A stretch of DNA of 64,000 bases from an uncultured Gemmatimonadales bacterium. GTDB lineage: Bacteria; Gemmatimonadota; Gemmatimonadetes; Longimicrobiales; Gaopeijiaceae. Position 1 is the stretch's first letter. The number at the start of each line of letters is the position of its first letter. Positions 10,183 to 22,230 of the stretch are shown here, in pieces. The notes beneath the pieces were generated by a model that worked only from the letters and a program-made list of their open reading frames with translations, was not told the origin of the DNA and did not search any database. A program made the translations under genes and the position numbers. Location of the stretch: assembly GCA_963823035.1 (NCBI GenBank), contig CAWGKG010000019.1, positions 102,164 through 166,163 of the forward strand, written 5' to 3'.

Positions 10183-10215
10183 GAGGGGCGGCGACCCGGT
10201 CGGTCGCCGCCCCTC
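10183..10215. terminator. 14-bp GC hairpin between convergent genes (likely bidirectional terminator)
   Basis: GAGGGGCGGCGACC-cggtc-GGTCGCCGCCCCTC perfect inverted repeat; no clear U-tract. Confidence 0.65.
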
Positions 10216-10239
10216 TCCGCAGGCTCCGCGATCGCGTCC

Positions 10240-11628
10240 CTACGAGAAGTCCGCGCCGAAGAACATCACCGCGATGAGGATCGCGGCCACGGCCAGCGGT
10301 GCGACGTAGCGGATGAAGAAGCGCCACGCCCCGTAGCTGAACCACTTCGGCGTCTTGTCGTCCACCAGCTCGTCCTCGGTCTGCTTGCGGGTCATGAACC
10401 ACCCGCAGCCGATCGTGATGAGCAACCCGCCGATGGGGAGCTGGAAGTTCGAGGCGAAGTGGTCGAGGGTGGCGAAGAAGCCCTGCTTCCCCTGGAAGAT
10501 CTCGAAGCTCGAGAGCCCCGGCACCGCGCCGAAGGAGAGCGCCGCCAGGATCGTGAAGACGAACACGATGGCGCCGCTGAGCAGCGTGGCCTTGGGCCGC
10601 GGCCATCTTCCGCTCGTCGATGAAGTAGCTCACCACGACCTCGAGGAGCGAGATGGTGGAGGTGAGCGCGGCCATCGCCACCAGGACGTAGAAGAGCGGG
10701 CCGAGCACCCGCCCGAACGGCACCACCTGGTAGAACAGCTGCGGCAGCGAGATGAAGAGCATGCCCACCGTCGAGCCGCTCACCTGCTCCGGCATGCCCG
10801 GCACCGTGAAGATCACCGAGAACATGATGATCGTCGCGAACAGCGCGATGATCGTGTCCAGCAGGACGATCACGCCGGCCGAGGTCACCAGCGACTTGTC
10901 GCGCTTGATGTAGGAGCCGTACGTGATCATGGCGCCCATGCCGAGCGACAGCGTGAAGAAGGAGTGGCCCAGCGCTTCCAGGATCCCGCGCGGCTCGAGC
11001 TCGTGGAAGTTGGGGCGGAAGATGAAGCGGATCGCCTCGCCCGAGCCCTCCATGGTCAGCGCGCTGAAGAGGAGCATCAGGAGGATCGCGAACAGCACGG
11101 GGAGGAAGATCCGGCTGATCTTCTCGATGCCGCCGTGCACGCCGAAGTAGACGACGCCCACGGTCGCGACCGAGAAGAGCCCCGCCAGCAGGAGCTGCAG
11201 CCCCCCGTTCGCCACGACCCCGCTGAAGATCGCGCCCGTCTGCGCGTCGGCCGGGAAGCCGGTGAGGCTCCACCCCAGCGTCTTCACGAAGTAGAAGAGC
11301 GACCAGCCGGCCACCACGCTGTAGTAGCTCAGGATCGTGAAGCCGGCCAGCACGCCCCACGCGCCCACGAGTCCCCACCGGGGCCGATCGCCTCCTTGAG
11401 CGCGCCGACCGCGCTCTGCTGCGTACTGCGGCCGATGAGCAGCTCCGCCATCATGATCGGCAGGCCGACCCCCGCGATGCAGAGAAGGTAGACCAGCACG
11501 AACGCGCCTCCGCGGTTGTTCCACGTGATGAAGGGGAACTTCCACAGGTTGCCGAGACCGATCGCGCTGCCGGCGGCTGCGAGAATGAAGCCTACGTTCG
11601 AGGTCCACTGATCGCGCGGCTGGCTCAT
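10240..11628 (-). CDS. Sodium-dependent transporter, NSS/SNF family (frameshifts near 11375 and 10600)
   Basis: GFILAAAGSAIGLGNLWKFP, YYSVVAGW, FFTLSLGMGAMITYGSY and ALTSTISLLE motifs. Confidence 0.92.
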
Positions 11629-11794
11629 GAGGCGGGGGCTCCGGTCTGGACGGACGGGCATTCGCCGGGGGATACGCGCCCCGGTCCGGGCGATTTCGGC
11701 ACCCAACATACCGGCGCCTGTGAACTCCGGACAGACAACCGCGTACAGTGAGGCCAACCGACACCGGTCGGGCTTCCTGAAAGGATCGATCCAC

Positions 11795-12877
11795 GTGCTC
11801 CTCCCACATCGCCCGCGTTTCCTGCTTTCGTGTTGCGCGCTCCTCCTCGCGGCATGCGGGGGATCCGAGCGGGAGGCTTCCCCGGGAGCCGACCGTTCGG
11901 TGCCGACCTTCCGGGCGGCGCTGCTCACCGCCGGCCCCGTGAGCGACGCGGGTTGGTACGCCGGAGCGTATGCCGGCCTCATGATGCTGCGCGACTCGCT
12001 GGGTGCGGAGGTCAGCCACCAGCAGACGCGCACGCCGGCCGAGTTCGACGAGGCGTTCGCCTCGTACGCGTCGGCCGGCTACGACCTGGTGTTCGCGCAC
12101 GGCTTCGAGTACCAGGACGCCGCCGTCCGCGCGGGCCGGCGCTTCCCCGACGTCACCTTCGTGGTGAGCGGAGGCGGGAAGGTGGCGGCCAACGTGGTGC
12201 CGCTGATCTTCACGCTGGAGGAGGGCACCTACCTGGCCGGGATGGTCGCGGCCGGGATGAGCGCCACGCATACGCTCGGGATGGTGGGCGGCGTGGCGAT
12301 CCCGCCCGTGCAGGGGACCTTCCGTGCCTTCGAGGCCGGCGCGCACGCGGTGGACCCCGACGCGCGGGTGCTGGAGGCGTTCATCGGCAACTGGGACGAC
12401 GTGGGCGCGGCCAAGGAGGCCGCGATCGCCCAGCTGCGCCGCGGGGCGGACGTGCTCGTCCACAACACGGACGCGGCCTCCTTCGGCGTCTTCCAGGCCG
12501 TACGTGAGGCGGTCGAGGCGGGCGACCGGGTGTGGGCCATCGGCATGAACAACGACCAGAACGACGTGGCCCCGGAGGTGACGCTGGGCAGCGCGGTGAT
12601 CGACATCCCGAAGGCCTTCATGGAGACGGCGCGTGCTTGGCAGGCCGGTACGCTCGGCGGCGCGCCGCTGTACGCGGGGCTGCGTGACGGAGTGATCGAC
12701 TTCGTCGTGAACCCGGCGGTCGCCGACCAGATCCCGGACGGCCTGCTGGCCCGCGTGGACGAGGCCCGGGCCGGGATCCGCGACGGCAGCCTCCAGGTGC
12801 CGCGGGTCCCCTTCGTCGAGGGCGAGCCCGGCGCGGCCGCGGACACCGCCGCGGGAGGAGGATCGGCGGGCTCGTGA
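11795..12877 (+). CDS. BMP family ABC substrate-binding lipoprotein (nucleoside-type)
   Basis: Lipobox LLLAACGG; GPVSDAGW, GYDLVFAHGFEY and EEGTYLAG motifs; first gene of an ABC operon. Confidence 0.88.
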   Translation: MLLPHRPRFLLSCCALLLAACGGSEREASPGADRSVPTFRAALLTAGPVSDAGWYAGAYAGLMMLRDSLGAEVSHQQTRTPAEFDEAFASYASAGYDLVFAHGFEYQDAAVRAGRRFPDVTFVVSGGGKVAANVVPLIFTLEEGTYLAGMVAAGMSATHTLGMVGGVAIPPVQGTFRAFEAGAHAVDPDARVLEAFIGNWDDVGAAKEAAIAQLRRGADVLVHNTDAASFGVFQAVREAVEAGDRVWAIGMNNDQNDVAPEVTLGSAVIDIPKAFMETARAWQAGTLGGAPLYAGLRDGVIDFVVNPAVADQIPDGLLARVDEARAGIRDGSLQVPRVPFVEGEPGAAADTAAGGGSAGS

Positions 12878-14387
12878 CCCCCCCGCTGGCCCGGCTCTCC
12901 GGGATCGTCAAGCGGTTCGGTCCGGTCACGGCCCTCGACGGCGCGGAGCTCGAGCTGGGCGCCGGAGAGGTGCACGGCGTGCTCGGGGAGAACGGCGCCG
13001 GAAAGACGACCCTGCTGGGGATCCTGGCCGGGATGCTCCGCCCCGACTCCGGCACGGTGGAGATCGGCGGAGAGGCCCGTCGACTCCGTCGGCCGGGTGA
13101 TGCGTGGGCCGCGGGCGTCGGGATGGTGCACCAGCACTTCACGCTCGTGCCGGCGCTCTCCGTGCTCGAGAACCTCGCGCTCGGGCGGCGCTCCGGGGGC
13201 GGCGGGCTGGCCCTCCCGTACGGGAAGACTCCGCGACGAGGCCGCGGCCCTCTCCGAGCGGACGGGGCTCGCGGTGCCCCTGGACGCGCGGGTCGAGGAG
13301 CTGGGGGTGGGAAGCCGGCAGCGCGTCGAGATCCTCAAGGCGCTCCTCCGCCGACCGCGTGTCCTGGTGCTCGACGAGCCGACGGCGGTGCTCGCGCCCG
13401 CGGAGGTCGACGCGCTCTTCGCTCTCCTGCGCGAGATGGCCGCCGGGGGACAGGGCATCGCGCTCGTGGCGCACAAGCTCGACGAGGTGCTGGCCGTGTC
13501 CGACCGCGTGACCGTGCTCCGGCACGGCCGAACCGTGCTGACGGCATCCGCCCGGGAGGTGGACGTGCCCACCCTGGTGGAGGCGATGGTGGGGGGCGGC
13601 CCTGCGGACGCCGCGGCGCTGGGCGCTCCGCTTCCCCGCGTGGAAGAGCGGGATGAGAGCGTGGAGGCCGGGCCCGTCGTCGCGCGGATCGAGGGCGTGC
13701 GGGCGCGGGCGGTCCGCGGCGAGTGGGCGGTGGCGGGGGTGTCGCTCTCGGTGCGGCGCGGCGAGATCGTGGGCATCGCGGGCGTGGAGGGGAACGGGCA
13801 GCGTGAGCTCGCGGCCGTGCTCGCCGGGCGGCGCGTGCCGGACGAGGGGCGCGTCGAGCTTCCCGCCGGGGTCGGCTTCATCTCGCAGGACCGGACGCTG
13901 GAAGGGCTCATCGGGGACTTCGACCTGACCGGCAACGTGGCCCTGGCCTTCCACGCGGACCGCGCGTACAGAACGGGGCCGCTCGCTGCGCTGGGGGGCG
14001 TTGCGGGCCCGCACCTGGGAGCTGATGGCCCGCTTCGACGTGCGCGCCCCCTCCCCCGACGTGCCGGCGTCCTCGCTCTCCGGCGGCAACCAGCAGCGCG
14101 TGGTCGTGGCGAGGGAGCTGGCGGTGGCGGCGGACCTTCTCGTGGCCGAGAACCCGACGCGCGGACTCGACGTCGCCGCGTCGGCGTTCGTGCATGGGCA
14201 GCTGGCCGCGCTCGTGCGTGGGAGGACGGCACCGGGCGTGGTGCTCGTGTCCACCGACCTGGACGAGGTGCTCGCGCTCGCCCAGCGGGTCTTCGTGATG
14301 AGCCGCGGCACGCTGACGGAGGTGGGCCCGGGTGAGCGCACGCGCGAGGGGGTGGGGGCGCTCATGGTCGCGGCGGGCCATGCCTGA
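12874..14387 (+). CDS. Sugar/nucleoside ABC ATP-binding protein, two ATPase domains (frameshifts near 13225 and 13990)
   Basis: Walker A GENGAGKTT, LVLDEPT, second domain AGVEGNGQ, LSGGNQQR and NPTRGLD. Confidence 0.9.
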
Positions 14388-15456
14388 GCGCGCGCCCGGA
14401 CGTCTCGCCCCGCTCGTCGTGCCGGCGGCCGCGCTCGTGCTCACCGCCTGTACCGCGGCGCTGGCCCTGGCCGCGGGAGGGTACGACGTGGGGCGTGCCG
14501 CATCGGCGCTGGCGGGAGGTGCCTTCGGCGGATGGGACGCGATCCTCTCGGTGACGCTGGTGCGTTCCGTCCCGCTCGTCCTGACCGGCCTGGCGGTCGC
14601 CCTGGCCTTCCGGGGCGGCGTCTGGAACATCGGTGCGGAGGGGCAGCTCTACGCGGGCGCCATCGCGGCCACCTGGGTCGGCCTGAGCGGGGGGGCTCTG
14701 CCGCCCTGGGTGCTCGCGCCCGCCGTGCTGGGCGCGGCCGCGCTGGCCGGGGCCGCCTGGGCCCTGGTGCCCGCGCTCATGAAGCTCCGGCTCGGCGTGG
14801 GGGAGGTCATCACGACCATCCTCATGAACTTCGTGGCGATCGACCTGGCGGCGTACGCCGTACGTGGGCCTCTCCAGGAGGCGCGCGGCGTCTTCCCGCA
14901 GACGGACCCCATCGCCGAGGGGGCGCGCCTCCCCCTCTTCGGCGGATCGCGGCTCCACGTGGGGTTCCTCGTCGCGGTGGGGCTCGCGCTCCTCCTCTGG
15001 GGCATGCTGCGCTGGACGCGGGCCGGCTTCGCCCTGCGCGCCGTCGGAGCCTCGCCGGAAGCGGCCCGCGTGGCCGGGCGGATCGACGCGGCCCGCGTGA
15101 CGGGGTCGGCCTTCCTGGCCTCGGGTGCGCTCGCGGGGCTCGCCGGCGGCGTACAGGTGGCCGGCGTGACCTACGCGCTCTACGAGGGGCTGTCTCCGGG
15201 GTGGGGCTACACCGCGATCGCCGTCGCCCTCCTGGCCGGGCTCCATCCCGGAGGCGTGGTGGTCGTCGGCATCCTCTTCGGCGCGCTCGAGGGAGGGGCG
15301 GGGGCGATGCAGCGCTCGGCCGGCATCCCGGCCGCGTGGGTAAGCGCGGTCGAGGCGCTCGCCATCCTCTCCGTCCTGGCGGTGGATCAGCTCCTCCGCC
15401 GGATGGGGCCGGGGCGGCGCGCCGGGGTCGGCGTTCCGGGGGTGGCCGATGCCTGA
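14380..15456 (+). CDS. ABC permease (nucleoside/BMP-associated)
   Basis: WNIGAEGQ, EVITTILMNF and GYTAIAVALLA motifs. Confidence 0.9.
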   Translation: MPERAPGRLAPLVVPAAALVLTACTAALALAAGGYDVGRAASALAGGAFGGWDAILSVTLVRSVPLVLTGLAVALAFRGGVWNIGAEGQLYAGAIAATWVGLSGGALPPWVLAPAVLGAAALAGAAWALVPALMKLRLGVGEVITTILMNFVAIDLAAYAVRGPLQEARGVFPQTDPIAEGARLPLFGGSRLHVGFLVAVGLALLLWGMLRWTRAGFALRAVGASPEAARVAGRIDAARVTGSAFLASGALAGLAGGVQVAGVTYALYEGLSPGWGYTAIAVALLAGLHPGGVVVVGILFGALEGGAGAMQRSAGIPAAWVSAVEALAILSVLAVDQLLRRMGPGRRAGVGVPGVADA

Positions 15457-16385
15457 GACGGCGCTGGCCGCTTTCCTGGAGGCTTCGGTGCGCCTCGGTG
15501 TGCCGCTCGCGCTGGCCGCGCTGGGCGAGACGGTCACCGAGCGGAGCGGCGTCATCAACATCGGCCTGGAGGGCTCGATCATCGCCGGAGCGCTCGGGGG
15601 CGCCATGGGTGCGCTCGCGCTCGGCTCCGCGGGAGGCGGCGTGCTGGTCGGGGCGGCCGCGGGGCTCGTTGGTCGCCGCGGTGTTCGCGGCCTTCGCGGT
15701 GGGGCTGGGCGCCGACCAGATCATCACGGGCACGGCCGTCACCCTGGGCGGCCTGGGCGTGACGGGCGCCGTGTACCAGGCGCGCTTCGGCGCGACCGGG
15801 ACGGCGCTCTCCCTGCCGACGCTCGCGCCCCTGCCGATTCCCGGCCTCGAGCAGATCCCGCTGGTCGGACGCGCGCTCTTCGCCCAGGCGCCGACCGCGT
15901 ATCTGGCCTACCTGGCTGCGCCCGCCCTCTGGTGGCTCCTCTTCCGCACGGAGTGGGGGCTTTCCCTGCGCGCGACCGGCGAGGCGCCCGAGGCGGCCGA
16001 GGCCGCGGGCGTGCCCGTGCGGGGAACGCGCGTTCTCGCGACGCTCTTCGGCGGTGCGATGGCGGGCATCGCGGGCGCGCACCTCGCGCTCGCCCACGCC
16101 GGCACCTTCGCGGAGAACATGTCGGCGGGGCGGGGCTTCATCGCGATCGCCGTCGTCGTGCTCGGGCGCTGGCACCCGATCCGCGTGCTCGTCGCGGCCC
16201 TCTTCTTCGGCGCGGCCTCGGCGCTGCAGTTCTTCCTGCAGACGCTCGGCCTCGACCTCCCCTACCAGCTCTTCCTCGCGCTTCCCTACCTCCTGAGCCT
16301 GGCCGCGCTGGCGGGTTGGGTCGGGCGGGCCCGCGCACCGGCGGCGCTCGCGCTCCCCTGGCCACGCCGGGGCGCGGGCGCGTAA
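15449..16385 (+). CDS. ABC permease 2 (frameshift near 15668)
   Basis: ERSGVINIGLEG, then in the shifted frame ADQIITG, LRATGEAP, AGRGFIAIA and LPYL. Confidence 0.88.
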
Positions 16386-16501
16386 CCCGACGCGGCCTCG
16401 CGGGTACCCCGGACCGCGGGCGATTCCTTAGGTTCGGACCTTCGATTGCAAGGGCGGACCGGCCGCCCGCGCGAAACTGCCCATCGGTCAGGGAATTCCA
16501 C

Positions 16502-19173
16502 ATGGTGATCCGTCGGCTCGAGCGCGTCGGCCTCGCGCTCCTCCTCACCCTCTCCGCGCTCCTCCCGCTTCCCGCGGCCGCGCAGTCGCTCGACGGGACC
16601 GGGGTGGTGGCCACCGGCCTCCTCCTGCGCCGGATGGACGGCGTGAAACGCGTCCTCATGATCGGGGCCCACCCGGACGACGAGGACACCAGCCTGCTGG
16701 CGGCGCTCTCGCGACGCTACGGTGTCCAGACGGCGTACCTCGCGCTGACGCGCGGCGAAGGTGGGCAGAACCTGATCGGGCCGGAGCTGTGGGACGGGCT
16801 CGGGATCATCCGCACGGGCGAGCTCGAGGCGGCGCGGAACCTGGACGGCGGGCGGCAGTTCTTCTCGCGCGCCTTCGACTACGGCTTCTCGAAGCGGGCG
16901 GACGAGGCGCTCACCTTCTGGCCGCGCGACGAGCTGCTTGCCGACGTGGTGTGGATCATCCGCAGGTTCCGGCCACAGGTCGTCGTGTCCGTGTTCACGG
17001 GTACGCCCGTCGACGGCCACGGCCAGCATCAGGCTGCCGGCATCATGGCGCGCGAGGCCTTCGAGGCGGCCGGCGATCCGGAGCGCTTTCCCGAGCAGCT
17101 CGCGCGCGGCGTGGAGGCGTGGGCTCCGTCCAAGCTGTACGGCGGCGTCTGGCGCAATCCTACGGAGGCGACGGTCCGGGTGGAGACGGGCGCGTACGAT
17201 CCGCTCCTCGGGCGCTCCGAGCTCCAGCTCGCCATGGAGAGCCGGAGCTTCCACCGCTCGCAGGACATGGGGACGTCGCGTCCCCTGGGTCCGCGGACCT
17301 CCGGCATGCGACTCGTGCAGGACCGCACGGGCGCCTCCGGCGACGACGACGGGATCTTCGCGGGCGTGGACACGACGCTGGTGGGTGCGGCGGACGGGCT
17401 GCCCGCCTCGGCCGTACAGGCGACGCGCGCGCATCTGCAGGCGTACCGCGCGGCCATCCAGAAGGCCGGCACCCTCCTGGGCGGAGCCGATCCGTTCGCG
17501 GTGGTCTCGCCGCTGGAGGAGGCGCTCGGCCACCTGCTGCAGGCCCGGGACGCCGCGGGAGCCGGGGCCGGCACCGAGCTGAAGGACGTCCTGGACGACA
17601 AGATCGACCTCGCGCGCAAGGCGGTGCTCGCGGCAGCGGGCGTGGTGCTCGACGTGCGCGCGCAGGACGACCTGGTGACACCCGGGCAGACCGTACGTGT
17701 CGACGCGATCGCGTGGAACGGTGGGCCGACCACGCTGCGGGGCGCCGGCGCGGCGCTGGCGCTCCCGCCGGGTTGGCAGGCCGCGGAGGTGAGTAGCGAC
17801 GGCCTCGCGCCCGGACGGTAGCCTCGCGCCCCGCGTCCCTGGCGCGGTGGACGTTCGACGTCACGCTCCCGGCCGACGCCGACCTTTCGCGGCTCTACTA
17901 CCTGCGCCAGCCCCGCGACGGGTACGTCTACCATTGGCCGCAGGACCACCCCGAGCTGTGGGGCCTGCCGCGGGATCCGGCGCCCGTGCACGCGACCTTC
18001 GCCTTCTCCGCCGCGACCGGTGGCAAGGAGGTCTCGGTCGAGCGCACCATGCCGTGGACGTTCGTGGGCGTGAACCCCGCGCGCGGCGAGTTCCGCCGAC
18101 CCGTGCTCACCGTGCCCGCGGTGTCGGCGGCGATCTCACCCGGGGCGCTCGTTTGGCCGCAGGCGCGTCGTGACGCGCGGACGCTCACCGTCTCCGTGCG
18201 CTCGGAGGCGACGGGTGGTAGCAGTGGCCGCGTCACCCTTTCCGCACCCGCGGGGTGGAGCGTATCGCCCGACGGATACGACTTCGACCTCGAGGCGGAG
18301 GGTGCCGAGCGTTCTTTCTCCTTCGAGGCGAGCCCCTCCGGCGTGCCCGAGGCGGGGGAGGCGACGTTCCACGCCGTAGCCACCGCGGCCGATGGACGCC
18401 GCTACGACGAGGGATTCTCGATCATCGACTACGAGCACATCCAGCGGGCCGCGCTCTTCTCACCCGCCGAGGCGACGATCACGGTCGTTCCGGTGCGCAT
18501 CGCCGCCGGCCTGCGCGTGGGCTACATCATGGGCACCGGCGACGACGGCCCCGAAGCGCTCCGCCAGATGGGCGCCGACGTCACCCTCCTCGGACCCGAC
18601 CAGGTCAGGAGCGGCGACTACGCGCCCTACGACGTGGTGGTGGTGGGCGTGCGCGCCTACGAGACCCGCGCGGACCTCAAGTCGGCCAACGCCCAGCTCC
18701 TCGACTACGCGAAGGGCGGCGGGACGGTCGTGGTGCAGTACAACCAGTACGACTTCGCGCGCGGTGGCTACACACCCTACGAGGTCTCCATGAGCCGACC
18801 GGCGGCGCGCGTCGCGGAAGAGGACGCGCAGGTGAAGATCCTGGAGCCGTCGGCCCCGGTCTTCACGACGCCGAACCCGATCACGCAGAAGGACTTCGAG
18901 GGGTGGGTCCAGGAGCGCGGGCTCTACTTTCTGAGCGAGTGGGATGACCACTTCACGCCCCTTCTCGAGATGCACGACCAGGACGAGCCGCCCGCGCGGG
19001 GCTCCCTTCTCGTGGCGCCTGTGGGAGACGGCCTGTACGTGTACGCCGCGCTCTCCTTCTTCAGGCAGTGGTCGTCGGGTGTGCCGGGCGCCTACCGCCT
19101 CTTCGCGAACATCGTGTCGCTGAAAGCGAGTGACTGGCGGAGCTTCCGGCGGGTATCGCAGCCCGAGCGCTGA
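16502..19173 (+). CDS. Exported PIG-L/LmbE family deacetylase with C-terminal Ig-like (NEW3-type) and GATase-like regions (frameshift near 17815)
   Basis: Signal peptide; AHPDDED, LTRGEGGQN, DYGFSK, HGQHQ and HRSQDMG; C-terminal YIMGTGD, GVRAY and WVQERGLYF. Confidence 0.88.
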
Positions 19174-19195
19174 GGGAAGAGGCCCGCATCGCCGC

Positions 19196-20246
19196 ATGGC
19201 GCGTGGTGCGACCCTGAGGACCGGTCGGCGGTGGGCGCCGGTGGCCGTGGTCCTGATCGCGGCGTGCGGACACGCGCACGAGGTGACCGTCTATACCTCG
19301 CTCGATCCCGAGGTGACCGCATGGGCCGCGAACGCGTTCGGGACCGCGCGACCCGACGTGGCGGTGCGCTTCGAGGCGGTGGCCTCCGGGGAGCTGCTCG
19401 GACGCTTGCGTGCCGAGCGCGGGGATCCGGGTGCGCAGGTGGTTTGGGGGGCACCGTCCTGGACGCTCGCGACCGCGGCGGCCGAGGGCCTGCTGGCCCC
19501 GGGCGCCCCCTCCTGGGCGGCGTCCCTTCCGGACGGGCTCCGCGACCCGGAGGGGCGGTGGGCCGCCAGCCTCGTCGATCCGATCGTGCTCGCCTTCGAC
19601 CACGACGAGCTGAGCCGCAGCCGTGCGCCGCGGGACTGGATCGACCTCTTCCATCCCCGCTTCACGGGCGAGGTGCTCGTCCCCGAGCCCGGAGCGGACG
19701 ACGGCGGCTCCATCCTCCTCGGCGACACACGCGCAGGTGTCGCTCGAGGCGTACGGCGACATCCTGGCCGCCATCGACTGGTTCAAGCGCCTCGACGGAC
19801 AGACCAGGCGCTACGAGGCCGACGAGACGATGCTGCTCCGCCACCTGGGGCGTGGGGACGGGAGCGTGGCGCCGGCACGGCTCTCGCTCGCCGAAGCGGC
19901 GAGGCGGGCGGACACGCCCGTGGAGTGGGTCGTCCCCGAGTCGGGCGGCCCGCTCCTGGTCCAGGGCGTGGCGGTCGTCACCGGGGCCGCCGACGCGGAC
20001 GCCGCCCGCGCGTTCGTGGAATGGCTGGGGAGGCCGGAGGCCGCACAGGCGCTTTCGGACGAGCTGCACCGCGTGCCTGCCTCCTTCGTCGCCGAGCCCT
20101 CGCGGCTGGGGTGGCTGCCCGACGCCGCCACCGCGTTGGGTGGGCACGTGCCCTCGGCCGACACCCTCGCCGCGAACCTCGACGCATGGATCGAGCGGTG
20201 GAAGCGGGACGCGCGGGGGCGGGGATCGAGGATCTACATCCCGTAG
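19196..20246 (+). CDS. ABC-type extracellular solute-binding lipoprotein (Fe3+/polyamine/thiamine class; frameshift near 19725)
   Basis: Lipobox LIAACG; VTVYTS, SGELLGRLRAE, PRDWIDL and AARAFVEWL motifs. Confidence 0.72.
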
Positions 20247-20276
20247 ATCCTCCGGCACGTCCCGGCGTGCGACCCC

Positions 20277-21947
20277 CTACGCCTCCGCCGGGCGCGGCGC
20301 GACGAAGCTCAGCAGCATCCCGACCACCACGACCGTCACGGCGCCGACCACGTTGTGCCAGAGGAACGACACCTCGGGCAAGCCGAACGACACGGCACCC
20401 ACGGCGGTCATCCCGGCGATGAGCCCGACGAAGGCGCCGAGGGGACGTGCGCGCCCGATCATCGCGAGCATGAAGACGCCGAGGATCGAGCCGTAGAAGA
20501 ACGACCCGAAGCGGTTCACCACCTCGATCAGTGATCCGAGCGTGGCGGCGTACGTCGCGACGAAACAGGCGAAGAGCCCCCAGAAGCCCGTCGCGATCTT
20601 CGAGACGGTGAGGAAATGGCCGTCGCTGGCCTCCGGCTTCACCCACCTGCGGTAGAAGTCGATGACGGTGGTGGTGGAGAGCGAGTTGAGCTCCGCCGCG
20701 ATGCTGGACATGGCCGCCGCGAGCACGCCCGCGATGAACAGCCCGGACAACCCGACGGGAAGCTCGGAGAGCACGAAGCGCGGGATGATGTAGTTGACGT
20801 CCCTGGAGGGCCTGCCGGTGACCTCCTCGGCCATCGCGAGCGCGTCGTTGCGCACGCCCTGCACGTCGCTCTCCCTGGCACGGAACTCGCTCATGGCAGC
20901 TCGCGCCGCCGGGCCCTCCGAGTCCGCGACGCGGCGGGCCGCCGCCTCACGCTGCCGATAGTAGAAGCGGTACTGGTCGTCGAGGATGGCGTATTCGGTA
21001 GGCCGCACGGCCTCGACGGCCGCCTCCTGCGCCGGGTTGTAGAGCAGGGGCGGCGTCACGAACTGGTAGTAGACGAACACCAGCACGCCGACGAGCAACA
21101 CGAGCGCCTGGAGCGGGATCTTCCAGTAGGCGCTCATGAGGAGCGAGCTACGCGCCTCGGGCACGGACTTCGCGGTCAGGTAGCGCTGCACCTGGCTCTG
21201 GTCCGTGCCGAAGTACGACAGCATCAGGAAGGTGCCGCCCAGGATGCCCGACCAGAACGTGTAGGTCTCCTTGAGCGTGAAGGAGAAGTCGAAGACCCTG
21301 AGGCGGCCCGTGCTGCCCGCGATGCGCAGCGCGTCGTCGGGGCTCACCGGCATCTTCACGAACAGCACGACCACGATGCCGACGAGCGCCGCCACGATCA
21401 GCACCATCTGCTTCACGTCGGCCCACGTCACCGCCTGCACGCCGCCGATCATCGTGTAGATCACGGTGGGGATGCCGATGATCGCCACCGACAGCGGCAG
21501 GCTCCATCCGAACACGGCGGAGAAGACGACCGCCGGCGCGGCGATGATCGTGCCGCACGACATGCCGCGCGACAGCAGGAAGAGGAAGGCGGTGAGCGAG
21601 CGGGTCTTCGCGTCGAAGCGCCGCTCGAGGTACTCGTAGGCCGTGAAGACCTTCGAGCCGTGCAGGAACGGAACGAGCGTGACGCCGAGGATCACCATCG
21701 CGATCGGCAGCCCGAAGTAGAACTGCACGAAGCGCATCCCGTCCGTGGCGCCCTGCCCGGTGGTGCCGATCATCGTGACGGCCGAGAGCTGCGTGGCCAT
21801 GACGGAGAGGCCGACGGCCCACCACGGCAGGCTCCGATTGGCGAGGAAGTAGCCCTCGATCTCGTGGGTGCCCCTGGAGCGCCTCACACCGTCCACCACC
21901 ACGTACGTCAGGTAGCCGACGACGATGATCCAGTTGATCGGGTGCAT
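20277..21947 (-). CDS. Sodium:solute symporter (SSS family)
   Basis: YFLANRSLPWWAVGLSVMATQLSA, YFGTDQSQVQRYL and AAAMSS motifs; many TM helices. Confidence 0.93.
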   Translation of the reverse strand: MHPINWIIVVGYLTYVVVDGVRRSRGTHEIEGYFLANRSLPWWAVGLSVMATQLSAVTMIGTTGQGATDGMRFVQFYFGLPIAMVILGVTLVPFLHGSKVFTAYEYLERRFDAKTRSLTAFLFLLSRGMSCGTIIAAPAVVFSAVFGWSLPLSVAIIGIPTVIYTMIGGVQAVTWADVKQMVLIVAALVGIVVVLFVKMPVSPDDALRIAGSTGRLRVFDFSFTLKETYTFWSGILGGTFLMLSYFGTDQSQVQRYLTAKSVPEARSSLLMSAYWKIPLQALVLLVGVLVFVYYQFVTPPLLYNPAQEAAVEAVRPTEYAILDDQYRFYYRQREAAARRVADSEGPAARAAMSEFRARESDVQGVRNDALAMAEEVTGRPSRDVNYIIPRFVLSELPVGLSGLFIAGVLAAAMSSIAAELNSLSTTTVIDFYRRWVKPEASDGHFLTVSKIATGFWGLFACFVATYAATLGSLIEVVNRFGSFFYGSILGVFMLAMIGRARPLGAFVGLIAGMTAVGAVSFGLPEVSFLWHNVVGAVTVVVVGMLLSFVAPRPAEA

Positions 21948-21957
21948 CGCTCCGCTC

Positions 21958-22083
21958 CTACCGGGTGTAGTGTGCCTGGAGGAGCCAGAGCAGGACGAGC
22001 GTGACCACCTGGACGGTCATCACGCGTATCAACGTCGTGCGGAACGAGGGGGCGGGCGGCCGGTCGGACGGGTCGGCGGTCAT
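21958..22083 (-). CDS. 41-aa single-TM microprotein upstream of the SSS transporter (not in ORF track)
   Basis: Hand translation MTADPSDRPPAPSFRTTLIRVMTVQVVTLVLLWLLQAHYTR*; stop lies 10 nt before the SSS ATG. Confidence 0.7.
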   Translation of the reverse strand: MTADPSDRPPAPSFRTTLIRVMTVQVVTLVLLWLLQAHYTR

Positions 22084-22230
22084 GGCGGTCTCGGGAGGGC
22101 AGTGGCCGGGCTGTCACGGCCCGGGTCGGACGGCGTAGCTTCGACGGACCAACGTGTGCGCGCAAGCAATCCGGAACAACCGGCGCGTCGCGCTCGTCCA
22201 TGATGGGAGCCCACCACCTACGGAGGAAGC

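Noticed and set aside
15449..17821. Apparent permease-PIG-L fusion
   Set aside because: The permease shifts frame near 15668 and ends at 16385; the linker is low-complexity off-frame sequence, and PIG-L has its own signal peptide at 16502.
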